A stretch of 63,049 nt of DNA, filler included, from Octopus bimaculoides (Eukaryota), in NCBI RefSeq assembly GCF_001194135.2. It is 7 parts of 7 records of this genome, joined end to end, with 100 filler letters (N's around TTAATTAATTAA, not from the genome) between each part and the next. Parts side by side here need not be neighbours in the genome. Positions count along the whole stretch, not along the records: positions 36,830 to 43,331 come from NC_068999.1; positions 43,432 to 54,731 come from NC_068993.1; 5 more parts are not named here. One strand, written 5' to 3'. Under the pieces are notes generated by a model. It did not search any database. It saw only the letters and a list, made by a program, of their open reading frames with translations, and was not told the origin of the DNA. The stretch's first letter is position 1; each line of letters starts with the position of its first letter. The position numbers and the translations under genes are program-made. This document shows, in pieces, positions 41,072-53,919 of the stretch.

Positions 41072-42899
41072 TTATATATACATATATATATATTGATAGA
41101 AAGGATACACACATACACACATATATATATATATATATATGAGAGAAGGAGGAAACAATAATATTGCCTAGCGGTAAACGATGAAATGTTTCCGGCTTAG
41201 TTGTCCGATATCTATTTCAAAACAAAGTTAAACTGATTTATTCGAAATCTTTTTCAATGAAGTATTATTCTTTTAGACTTCTTGTTCATTCGTCCAGTAA
41301 AATATGAAAAATGCTTCAACAACTTACTAGAATCCTGTTGTTGACTGTGTTTAATAATCAAGTGAAAACTGTAATAAAGTTATCAATAGATCGTTTGTTA
41401 TACAGATATAAAATAAATAATAGGATAAAATGGAGTTCTTGTTTATACGGGCAGATCTGTGGGGAATTTAAGTGCTTAAACACACGTTTTTGATTTAATG
41501 ACGAACATTCTGTAATTTTCTGTATAAATCTGGAGAAGAGGTCAGAAAGTGGAACTGTTGATTGACAAATCAATCGAGATAAATCAAAGCATTTCTATAA
41601 GAACACAATGGAGAGTGCGTTGCTTGAAAGTAAGTTAAGTACTTTATAACGAATAAATTTGACAAACCTTGTCGGCAGAAGGAGTTTAGTTTGATACCCA
41701 TACACCTCATCGTTCCAGTTGCATTCAACATGCTTACAGTTGTGAGTTACTTCTGAAATCGACCTTTGATCGACTGTCCCGCAGTGAATTCGATGACACG
41801 CCTAGGGAACATGTACAAACAAATATAATAAAGAAGAATAATTTTAATTCATTAAATCTTCAAAAATAATTAACATTTATATTTTATTAAAAATCATTAA
41901 TTACTAAAGTAGTAATTTTTGTTTTTATAAATTTTGTTGTTGCGAACAACATTTAACTCCGTAAAGCTTCAGCAACGCGAGTCGTTTATAAAGTCCATGA
42001 AATTTGTTGGTGGTGATTCGTCTTCGAACTTATTTGAAGGTGATCACTAATTATGGCTATGGCTCTCTGCGCTGCCAGAAATGTATCCCTTTTATCGGGA
42101 GCAAAAGCACTTGGTAAGCTTCGTTTTTAATCTGTGATATTCATCACAATATTTTGTAATTTTTCTCTTCCTTTTTTTTTTTAACCACCCAACATTGACA
42201 ATCATTTCGAAGATAATCATAAGTATTTGATTAACAATTATTTATTTATTTATTTCATATGCCACTGTCTCGCCTTCTTTTATTTACACAAAACCTCTAT
42301 ATGAATCATCTGTTAAACTAAGGGTATCTATAAACAAATCTCCTGCGGGTTGGTGGTACTTTAACGTTGACAAAACACTCCAGTCCTATTTGTTGACCTG
42401 AATGGCAGTGATCGCGTGAAATATAACTGAAAGCTTGTATTTTGAAATATTTTATTTTCCTTAATTATATTGAGATGCTGTACCCTTAGTCATCTTAGAA
42501 CCTCTTAACTCCAGAAACAAGATTAAGTAAGTGGGTGGAAGAAGTTCTATGTTTACAGAGAACTCTTAAAAGATTACAGAATTGGTGTTGTTATTTTGCT
42601 CCAAGCCAACATTGTTGGAACAGATATCATTAAAAGTACTTAACGTATAACCATTCGAAAGGTCGCCATCATATATTTACATACTAAATAATGCACACTC
42701 AATTACATTATCGAATGTGCCCTTTTTTTAAAAGTTTACTGGGGAAGTGATTTGAAAGAAATTTGACTGCTATTTCTAACGGGTCGAGCGAGGACTCCAC
42801 CGTTAGCCCGTTAAGAGGCGTGCAATGCAGTTCGAAAAAAAAAAAGAGAAATTGGCTATTCAAGATCTAGTGAGACGACTGGTTCATTAAGGGTGGGTA

Positions 42900-43331
42900 T
42901 ATTGAGTGATTCAGTAAAACAAACAAAAAAAAGGCGATGCTGGGCACAGGTGCCATCACGATTTCGCTTGCCCCAACAGGTCTTCACAAGCAGAGTTTCG
43001 TGTCCAATGAAGGGGACGACGTTGGGATGGATGCCAGTCATCGAATTTAGTTCGATTTCAATTTCACTTGCCTCAACAGGTTTTCGCAAGCGGAGTTTAG
43101 TGTCCAATGAAGGAAGGGAATGCATAAGTGGGTTGGCTACACCCCTGGCAGAGGCTTTGGGTTTAGGTCTCACTTGGCTTGCCGGGTCTTCTCACGCACA
43201 GCATATTTCCAAAGGTCTCAGTCAGAAGTCATAGCCTCGGTGAGGCCCAATGTTCGAAGGTCTTGCCTCACCACCTCATCCCAGGTCTTCCTGGGCCTAC
43301 CTCTTCCACGGGTTCCCTCAACTGCTAGGTT
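42900..43331 (-). mobile_element. RTE-clade LINE 3' end and 3'UTR
   Basis: LAVEGTRGRGRPRKTWDEVVRQDLRTLGLTEAMTSD*DLWKYAVREKTRQAK*; the UTR contains an internal duplication of about 50 bp. Confidence 0.88.
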
Positions 43332-44366
43332 NNNNNNNNNNNNNNNNNNNNNNNNNNNNNNNNNNNNNNNNNNNNTTAATTAATTAANNNNNNNNNNNNN
43401 NNNNNNNNNNNNNNNNNNNNNNNNNNNNNNNGTGTGTGTGCGCGCGCTTTTTCAGGAGGATGAAAGGGAATGACCTTATGCTGAAGAGATGAGAATAAGT
43501 TTATTTTTTTTTAATTCTGAACTAAATTTCAATCAGAAACAAGAAAATTACAGCAAAGCTGCGTGACGACCATCATATAACTTGTTCGATATTGCTTTTT
43601 TATATTCTTCTATTCCGTTTTATTTTGACATGCGGATTGCGTTTTCATTCTTCTCTTCCGTTTTACGAATTAAATGTGCACATGCACATTGCGTGTTCAT
43701 ACTTCTTTTTCCGGTTCCTACTCAAAACTGTTTACAGATCACAACTATCTCACGAATGTGAGGAGCGCTTTGCGCTCCGATGGTTGTGAAAAAAATCTGA
43801 TGACGTAAGCAACAGTAAAGATATTAAGATCGGCACGCAATTGCCAATACTAACGGGACAACAACAAAAAATAATCTATGGAAACAAATGTCATTTAATG
43901 CAGAAAGAACGACAAAATTGACAACGAAGCTTATAAAGTTGAGGTTAGCTCTGTAAGGTAAAACTGACTCATAATAGCACTAATTAACTCGAAATCTATA
44001 TTCTCTCAAAAGCTGTTACACATTTGTGTCATATATTTCATATCAAAAGAAATTAAATGCACTTTGAAATTACCTGTTAAGGCTATCTCTACATATATTT
44101 TATAGAAATTATAGCAACTCTGATTTTTACAACGTTTCGTAACCGAGACGTCAGATGTAAACAAAGAGATCGAAGATGAAAAAAGAGTAATGAGCGTATA
44201 TGCCATATTTCGGGAGTTTTTGCCCTTTCATCATCCAACCTTTTAATCATCCTCGAACACTTTGCTTAAATAGCCACTAAAACAACAGTGTAATGTTATT
44301 GGATATAACAATTTTACATATTAAAAAACATTTCTGAAAGCTGGTATGTAAATACTAATGACTTGT

Positions 44367-44652
44367 AGGGACGCGGCATTTCGTTATGCAATCATAATAT
44401 ACTGTAAAGTATATTAAACATTTTATAAGTTAGTACCGTGTTCTACTGCGATCTCATTGTTTGTTTACATCTGACATTCGAATACGAAACATCGTAACAA
44501 AAATCAGTGTTGGATATCATTTTTATAGAATATCTGTAGAGATAACCTTAACAAGTGATGTAAAGCACACTTCTAACACGGTATTGACTTATAAAAACGT
44601 TTAATATACTTTACAGTATATTATCTTTGCATAACGAAACGCCGCGTCTCCT
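44367..44652. mobile_element. 286-bp MITE with TIRs of about 77 bp
   Basis: 44367-44442 versus the reverse complement of 44575-44652, nearly 90% identical by eye; TSD not preserved. Confidence 0.85.
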
Positions 44653-45769
44653 TTCGCAAATAACTGCAGAATTATGATATTCGTCTGAAAAGTTAGAGCC
44701 CTAACATATTTTATACGATTGCTTGTTTTGGGGTCATTAAAATGAACAATAAGCTTAAACAAATCAATATTTGCTAGTATCTATTATAACAACATTCATA
44801 TTATATCTTGAAGTTTTCCGATCAGCATGTTATGATAGATAATGTAATACCATTAGGGAAATAAACTAGTTTGAATAGAAATTACGTAACAGCGATGAAG
44901 GTTATTTAAAGTTATCACCAAGAGAAGAAGGAAACAAACTAACAGAAAGGTTAGCTTCTAATTAACCTCTTATCTACTATTCTGTCGGCTGTTTATCTGA
45001 TAATTGTCTCCTTAAATAATGCAGTGCATAATTTAAATGACTTTCGGCTCTTTTATGCAGATATAACTGCCATATGGTAGTGATTCAAGAAAAGTAACAT
45101 TAGTAATTACAAATCTGTACTATATACCTCTGAATAATGACACCATTAATATCGTTGTGTCTGCTGCTGTCGCTTTCCGCAGATTCAGCTCTGAATATTG
45201 CATTCATGGTAATATTCATTAAAATAGTCATGAAACTACAGATGCATACATACACAAGCTTGTGCACACTTACTTACATGATCACATACAGTCATGTGTA
45301 CAGTCTGTATTAGTATACTTATTTTGTCTATATTTTATGCATGCGTACAACTAATTATTGTATATTAGATTTCATGGCATGACTATCTGTATACACAGAT
45401 ATACGCAAAATTATCTAAACCTGCATATTTCTATTAGTGGATTTTACGAAATACATTTCGTACATAATTTTATTTATATTTTCGACGGTGAGGTTTGCTA
45501 TGTATATGAATACTTTCCCTAATGAAACTGCACATTTTTGAAGTTTTAACGGCGCTAAAAGATGATACACAAGCACTCAACAATGAGTGTATTGCATCTT
45601 AAAGCAGAAACAGCCGTAAACGAATAAAGTTCATTGCATAATTTCTAGTTCTCTTGCCATTTATATAACCCCCTATTAGACCCTGTCCTCAACTAAAGCT
45701 TTTCTCTGAAGCACACCTATATTGAGTTCTAACATCAGATTCATTAGTATCGCTTTGCCGAAGAAAAAT

Positions 45770-45818
<49 letters not shown>

Positions 45819-46129
45819 GAGTGAGAGAGAATTTAATTCAGAATCCTTGATATCCTGAGTTTCAGGCACCTGGCTAGTCTTTGGTCATTTGTGCCTGAAT
45901 GAGAGTTCGATTGAAGAGAGTCAGTGTTTATTAATGGACATTAGCTCGCGATTGGTCGAGAAAAGTCACGCAGTATTGATGTCGGTAAATTCAGCGACAG
46001 CAGTCATGTGGAAAATACTGCATGGTGAACAAGAAATCGACCGCGAAATGTCGATATAGGTCACGTGGTAGGTGGGAGGTAGGAAGGGGCGGTAGATGTG
46101 GAGTGCATATGTATATATGGTCATGTACT

Positions 46130-46640
46130 TGCCCATGTATCTGCTTGTATGCATTAGTACTTATATGAGTGTGTTGGTGTGCTTACATGTACATTCACAC
46201 ATCCGTGCACGTGCACTTACACACACGCACACACATACACATACACAGACATGCATACACAGACGGACACACACACACACACAAACACACACACATGAAT
46301 GCATACACTCACACACGTGCGTGCATACGTATACACACACAAGCACACACATACACATACACACGGACACACGCACAGACGCGTGCACACTTTTATCTCC
46401 ATGAACATATGCACACGAACACACGCACATACGAGTGTGCATGTGTACATACATGCACACGCACGAGGGCACATGTATATGGGCATGCAAGCGCGCCCAT
46501 GTACGCCCACGCACATGTACGCCCACGCACATATACGCCCATGCACACATCCGTGTACATGCATACGGTGAGCAGATGCATATGCACACTCACGTACGCG
46601 CGCGCGCACACCCATATGAGAGTATGCAGTAGACAGACAC
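46130..46640. repeat. Degenerate (CA)/(GCAC) low-complexity tract between the PLE ORF end and the distal repeat
   Basis: Seen directly. Confidence 0.85.
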
Positions 46641-47507
46641 GTTGAAGTGTTGGGGATTGGTGATTTGTGGTACTGTTCATGGGGGCTAATTTGCAACGGT
46701 GACTTTGATGCAGGCGGTGCTAGGGGTGGCTGGTACTAAAGAGGTATATCTGAGTTGTCGGAAGCCACTGGATTGAAATTACCCAGAAGAGTGTACCTCT
46801 GGTGACAGCAACACGATACCCCATATGTCTTGTTGATGGATACTGCAGGCTGGTAGATGATATGAAGATTTTCGTGGAAGCACAGCTGGCAATTAGGGGC
46901 GCCGGATGAATATGGTGACACCCTGACGATAATAGTCCACTTGATGCAGGGTCTTTCGTCTCGCAGGTCACGAAGTTTCCAGAGAAAGTGTGATAGGGAA
47001 GTGTAGTTCTCTCTATCACTAGATCTAAATGATTAGAAGTGCTGGGAATAGCTTCCCTTGAAGTCATTAGCTGTCATGCCCGTTTTGGGCCTAGTAATGC
47101 CTTCGGATGGTGTGAGGGTGGCTCTGTATACTACAGAGAGAGAGAGGCAGGTGGTTAGGTTTCGGAAGTTGCAGGTTGCGGTTGGGGTTGTGTGGATGCG
47201 TTCTTACGTCTGTTGATGCGTGCGATGTTAAATTCGATGTTACCCAAGCAGGAGTAGCTTACCTTGGCATTATGGGATTTGAAGAGTTTGTAATGGCTCT
47301 TTATTAATAGCAGGAAGCCTCCGGTTACGTTGGTAGAAACTTCTAGGTTAAATGGTGGGGTTATATCAAATTATTTTCCTTTTCCTAATTCTCTTGGATT
47401 GAGGAGAGGGTGTTGGGGATTTGTTCACATACGTAGGCTTCTCAGAAAATCCGCTCCTAGCCAAGTATTGATGTAGTAGGGGCGACCCTATTAAAGATAT
47501 CCATATT

Positions 47508-47904
47508 ATTTTCTACTCAAGGCACAAGGCCTGAAATTTTTAGGGGAGGGGGACAGTTGATTAGCCGACTCCAGTACGCAACTGGTACTTAATTTATCGA
47601 CCCTGAAAGGATGAAAGGAAAAGTCGACCTCGTCGGAATTTGAACTCAGAACGTAAAGACAGGTGAAATACCTATTTCCTTATTGCCCACAAGGGGCTAA
47701 ACATAAAGGGAACAAACATGAACAGACGAACGGATAAAGTCGATTACATCGACCCCAGTGCGTAACTGGTACTTAATTTATCGACCCCGAAAGGATGAAA
47801 GGCAAAATCGACCTCGGCAGAATTTGAACTCAGAACGTAACGGCAGGTGAAATACCGCTAAGCATTTCGCTCGGCGTGCTAACGTTTCTGCCAGCTCACC
47901 GCCT
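47508..47904 (-). mobile_element. Dimeric family A SINE inserted in the Penelope ORF
   Basis: Two tandem family A units enclosed by one 17-bp TSD (ttaaagatatccatatt 47491-47507; ttaaagacgtccatatt 47905-47921). Confidence 0.9.
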
Positions 47905-50899
47905 TTAAAGACGTCCATATTGGATGAAAGTTTAGACACTTGTTTGCTAATGCCTGAAAACAGAACAGAATTTTAATTACAGCAGTGGTGGGCGTGAGCT
48001 CTTGTGGATATATACCGTCTTTTCATTAGGTCTCTTGTAAGGGATAGTATTTGCCTGTATTCATGTTCGAGTTTACGTCCAAGAAATCGACTGTAGTCAG
48101 GCTGGTAGTAACCGTTATGGACAGTCCAAACTCTTTGAATATTTTTATCAGATGGTGTGGCCATTCATATGGCTTGAGATAGCTAGGCCATCATCCCGAT
48201 AGAAGGTCGACCTATATGGATGGGTACGTCTCTTGAGGGTATCCAAAATGTACAACCCGACGAGGTCGGCGATTTCAGCCTCGTCAAATCTCCCCATAGA
48301 GACATCAAACAATGGACCTCCTTCTTTCTTCACCCAGAAGTAATCGTCGTGGACCAGAATTGACTTTCTGGCATTCATGCTGATTCTGATATGAAGATCA
48401 TTAATGCTGGAAAATTGTCGAACAAAAGCAAGGGCCTTCAGAAGGAAAGACTTACATATGGAAGGGTGGAAGTCAACAATGTCGAACTGAGGGAATTTGC
48501 AGGCTGACTAATTCTCGATACCGCGGAACTAGTCTATTACAGCTGCGCTGGAGTTCCATTGAGTCAGCCCTGTAGCTCTTCCGATGTCAGAGTTAACAGT
48601 ATCGAGAATACGCTTCCTAATGATACCTATCTCGCTTTTAAAGGGGTTGATCAACCTGCATTTGTGTTTGGAATAGAAATTAGGCTTATGGTCCTTAAAT
48701 GTAATATGGGGAGATCGCGTGACGAGGCAGTCCACGCTATCCTCTCATTTAAGGCGGGTAGCTATCTCCTTTGATTGTGTGTGGAATTATAGGTTGTTTT
48801 TTTTTTGTATGTATTGGTGATGGCGCTTGTTAGGAGTCTGGAATGTGTGGAAATGTTTGTTTCATAAATTTTGCTTTCTTTTGTCTGCGAGGATATGTAG
48901 ATTGGGAGATTGTTTAATACTGGCCATGTAGTCGTATAAGGATTTAAGGAAGGAGTTAGAATAGTGCCGAAACCTTACCTTTCTTACAATGTTCCATCAG
49001 TCAGTCTCGAAGTTCTCAAGGCCTTGCATACGTGGAGGGCACTTTCGGGATTTAAATTCAAATTTATCTGCAGATGTAGTAGTGGGAGGGTTCTCGTAGA
49101 AGAAAGCTTTCCAGCGCATTCGTTTGATGACACTTTCGGACTTCTCTGTGAGTCACGTCAAGTAGATTTTCCTTGAAGGTATTTGAATATTCCTTAGTGA
49201 GGATACTAATGGTTGTCTCTCCATTGCAAACTGTTCGTCAGACGTTCTTAAATGGCGCTCAAAAGACTTTGGAGCAATTGTACGAGTGAATAGACAAACG
49301 AAAGTAGGGTACTCAACACATTTATTTGGAGCTACATGTATAGATCAAAACAATTTAATTCAGAATCTTCGGTACTCAGAGTTTCAATCACGTCGTTAGT
49401 CTTCGACCATTGGAGTCTGCATGAGAGTTCGATTGAAGAGTGTCAATGTTTATATTACTGGACTTTAGCCTGCGATCATATACGTGTGTGTGTATGTGTG
49501 AGTGTGCGTGTGTGTGTGTGTGTGTGTGTAGAATGTTAAAAAGTGACAAAGGAGTTGATATGTCTAAGGAAATTAAGACAAAGTAGAAAATGTTAAAATA
49601 ATTTTATCATGAAATACATTTTGTAATGGCTAGTACCGGTTTCTGTCTTTTCGACTTTTCAACTAAGAGTAAAACAAAGGTAGATATTATTTAAGAAGAA
49701 AATTAAATTGAAGAAAAAATGAAATGAAATGTTTTGTAAATATTTCCATAATTTTTAAATAGGTGAGATATTTTCCTTTTTCCTGTGTACATATATCTCT
49801 TTCTGAAAAATTGTGTTTATGGGTGCAAAGATAGATTTGGTTCTGAAGTTTTATGGTTTAAGCAGAAGAAGAAGAAGAAGAAGAAGAAGTGACTAAGCAT
49901 GGAAGCAGAATGATGCGTTTGCTTTCCGCTATTAAGCATAATCCTATCCACATATATAGTGAGAAACCTTCTGGTACAACTAAGAACAAACTTTGCCACT
50001 TCATGCAGAAGCAACAAGATATTTTTACAAATCCTATAAATACTATGAGTGTTTAGATAACATAGGTCTGCAAGTCTTTATCTATAGGTAAAACGACACA
50101 ACAACTTAAAGCTGAATATAGCTGTAAACGCGTAATACTCTATATTAATGAAGAATATGTGTCGAAATCGCCAGTGAATACAGGTATAAAGTCAACAGAT
50201 GTAATTGAAATGGTATAGAAAATACCTTCAAAATCCGAAATGCAAAACATGCTCATCCACTCAAACCATTAACAAAAGCAATTTCACATCTTTCTCACAA
50301 TATATTTAGTACTTCAAACAGAGATGTTTTTGTCACGGCAATATAAAATGAAGTATCGTTGAAAGAGCAAAGCTATAGAAAAGCGGTGGCTTCAGATATA
50401 ACTTAAGCATAACTGGAACAATTAAAATACTAACATCTGCCAATATTTGAAATAAAGATACATCTGTAACTGTTTAAACAAGAGATAATCCAACCTTGGA
50501 TCTTTACACCGAATTCCTACAATAACTGAAGGATCTCTCTTGAAAGAAACACATAATAGAATTACATTGATTTCTTTGAAATAAACGAGAATCTTGTATG
50601 TTGGAAATATCCCCTGTAGAGAGAGCACACCCATTTAACCAATACATGACACGCTATGGAAGCATGATTTAAGATCGTCACTGGATGAAGAATGTATCCT
50701 GTGAAAATCAAAGACACACACTCATACACACATGCACACACATACATATATACATACACGCATATATATATATATATACATATATACATATATATGTATT
50801 ATGTATATATATATATAATACATATATATGTATTATATATATATGTACATATATATATATGTATTATGTGTATATATATATTTGTGTGTGCTAATCTCT

Positions 50900-52190
50900 T
50901 GTTTGATGTCTTCCATAGAAGTATGTCATAATCTACATAATCGGTTGCATTTTGAGGCTCCAAGGGCGCCAGTGTCTCTTTTGTTGACTAGATATTTCGT
51001 AGCAATCTCTTGTTCTATATTGAAAATGCATGGACTTCGTAGTGTAATGTAGAGCTCACCAGTTCAAATGAGACTATACCTTATGTTGATATTATTGTCT
51101 TCAAGTCTACAGAGAACATACCTAGGCGCAGCCTTATTTATTTTTTTCATTTCAAATACAGAGCGTGTCAGATTCAGGTCTTCTTTTAGGTATGTAAGTC
51201 TGGCAATTTTGAACGCTGTATGGGAGGTTTTGAAGAAGAAAGCGCGATCTGAGGAGCTCACTACCCACGCTTAGGATCTTCACTTCGCTCTTCAGCACTA
51301 CGTTTATGTATGTATTTTTGTTCTGGTTTCTTAGCTGTCTGAGAGAGACTATGTGGCATTCGAAGGTTGTCTGCACTGATCTCAAGCCTCTATTTCCTTC
51401 ATCCCTTCACAATTAAAGCCTGTCGCTATCACTGTTTCTGTGGACGTTTCCTCTTGATATCAGGATCTTGCGAGTTTTAACGTCTACGGAATGGATTTTT
51501 TTTTTCTGCAGACCATTCAAGTATCTTAAATGTTGGAGAAAGCACTGGTGCTGATAATCCATTGTGGAATATTGTCTTGTTCTAAGAGGAGAGTTCAGAC
51601 TGACATATTTTTTTAAGTCTTACAAATTATTCTTAAGCCACTCTATCTTTATTTAGGGAACCTTCGTATGATATCTTTTCATCAATGCCTATGTATTTGG
51701 AGCATTGAGACAATGAGAACGTTGATGTGTGACTGGCTTTACACGTTTAACAATCAAATATCAACATTTCTTTTGGCAAATTCCATTCCTGGGTCAGCTG
51801 AAAATATTGTCATTAACTCCAGCTGGTTGCATTGTTAATAACTTTAACATAAACCTTGAGGTCACTCACAGAAAAATTATGGTTTATATCAATATCTCTA
51901 ACAATTTCAGGATCTAGCATGTAACGATTTGACTTTTGTAGCAATTAGAATGGACTTAATGCCAAAATGTACAGAATTAGAGTAAGATTATCTCCTTGGA
52001 ATATTCCCTGTAAAGTATTCATAAAACTGGAAATGATCGGTCCCTCTCAGTTGTAAGTGTGAGAATAGTTGCCCAGGACATTGTGAGCCCCCTCAATGTT
52101 AGCAATTTAGCTTATAGGTACTTCTCAAAAATGTAGATACTTTAGCATAGCAGCCATGCGTAAGGTATAAGACTCGTAAAACTCTTATTC
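50900..52190 (-). mobile_element. Degenerate R4/Dong-clade LINE RT region (same type as 32440-34730)
   Basis: Minus frames YLQGIFQGDNL, INHNFFVSDLKVY, YIGIDEKISYEGSLNKDRV, KTRKILISRGNVHRNSDSDRL, RGLRSVQTTFECHIVSLRQ. Confidence 0.8.
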
Positions 52191-53559
52191 AACCCCTTTA
52201 ATTCCTCATATCATTTCTATTCTGTGTAAGTCGGATCTTTTTATATGTAAACATAAGTACAATTTTTGTATCAAATGTATTTATTATCTTTTGTATATCG
52301 ACTTGCCTAACTTGCTTACCCTTACATTTACTCATGTGTATATATANNNNNNNNNNNNNNNNNNNNNNNNNNNNNNNNNNNNNNNNNNNNNNNNNNNNNN
52401 NNNNNNNNNNNNNNNNNNNNNNNNNNNNNNNNNNNNNNNNNNNNNNNNNNNNNNNNNNNNNNNNNNNNNNNNNNNNNNNNNNNNNNNNNNNNNNNNNNNN
52501 NNNNNNNNNNNNNNNNNNNNNNNNNNNNNNNNNNNNNNNNACACTCACATTAATACACATCTGCAGGGAGGACACGTAACACTACTCCCCTACTCATTAT
52601 GTGTACGTGAGCACATACGCATAATGTTTTAGTGTACTTACATACTATACATGTAAGCTACATGTAACTTTTCAACGTCACACATAAAACATATGGATCT
52701 AGTTTTTTCCAAATTTCAGAAAGCATAAAAAAGCAAATAACTGTTATTTGGAAAATCTATTAAATCGTGTGACAAATGCGAAAGAGAAAATATGAATGTT
52801 AAGATAGGCACATGACAAATAGAAAATAGATGGAAGAAGAGGGAAAAAATAACAGAAGAGAAATGAACATGATTGATACAAATGTGAGGCAGAAGGGGAG
52901 GAGACTGTAGGATAAAATGTAGGTGGGGAAGAAAGGAAGGGAAGATAAATGGAAAAAATAATGAAGAGATGAAAGGAAAAATAAAACGGAATGAGGTGGT
53001 ATTTGCGAGTATGGAGTGTGCTGAGAGTGACTAAAAAGGTGAGAGTAGAGAAGATTGGATGGGGACAGTGAAAGGGATGCTTCTATTAAGTTATAGATTT
53101 AGAAAACGATAAGAGTAAGTGAGCATGATTCTAGAGTCGGTAGGTAATAGTGAGGGCGTATGAGTGTGCGTGGAGAAGGACTGTATGGGTGAGTGGTGAG
53201 GGAATTGTATTAGAAACGTGGATTAAAGGTGAAATGTTGTAAAAAATAACACGAGGGTTAGGTTGGGGATGGTAGCCAAAAAATCGAAATCGATGAAAGA
53301 AATAAAAGATTCAAGAATAACGATAGAAAGATTGGGGAACCTGAAGATTGGCACTGGCAATCACGCTATATGATGGAAAACATGATCAATCATCGTTATG
53401 GAAGCTAAGTTATACAACATAAAAAATACTGTGAAACCATTTTATATTATTGGCAAATGCATGCATGGCCGCCTCCACATACATCCACATATATATTTGA
53501 CTTTTTGCACACATACATAAGTGTGTATGCGTGCATGTGCTTATATATGTCTATGTATA

Positions 53560-53627
<68 letters not shown>

Positions 53628-53630
53628 CTT

Positions 53631-53918
53631 CGATGATAACTTAAGTTGGAGTGTCCACATAACCAAGAAAGTCAACATGGCCCCCAGGGTATACTCCTGG
53701 ATATTCAGGACTTACCATTCTAGAGATGCCCCAAACATTATCCTCCTTTTTTCTACATTCGCCCGTCCCCATCTTGAATACTGCTGTCCGCTATGGTCCC
53801 CCTACACGAGCCAGAATATTAAAAAGCTTGAGGCACCCCAAAGATCAATTACAAAAAAAATTGATAGCATGTCTGGTCTTAATTACTGGAATCGACTCAC
53901 GAATCTCAAACTGTATTC
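53631..53918 (+). mobile_element. CR1-clade LINE RT C-terminal fragment
   Basis: DDNLSWSVHITKKVNMA...ILLFSTFARPHLEYCCPLWSPY..QNIKKLEAPQRSITKKI..MSGLNYWNRL..LKLYS. Confidence 0.9.
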
Positions 53919-53919
53919 T

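Larger units (their letters stand above)
45830..49476 (-). mobile_element. Near full-length degenerate Penelope-like retroelement with pLTR-like direct repeats
   Basis: Minus ORF remnants from about 49250 to 46700: VIKRMRWKAFFYE, FKSRKCPP, HITFKDHKPNF..KCRLINP.KSEIG, QFDIVDFHPSI, FDVSMGRFDEAEIADLVGLYIL, YRDDGL, YNP..F..VSTNV, KVSYSCLGNI, SVVYRAT, CQLCFHENLHII. Repeats of about 125 bp at 45830-45952 and 49352-49476 (about 79% identical, hand count). Confidence 0.92.

Noticed and set aside
52900-53350. Purine-rich stretch as a minus-strand CR1/Jockey 3' end
   Set aside because: Resemblance limited to HPF(T/H) and compositional bias.
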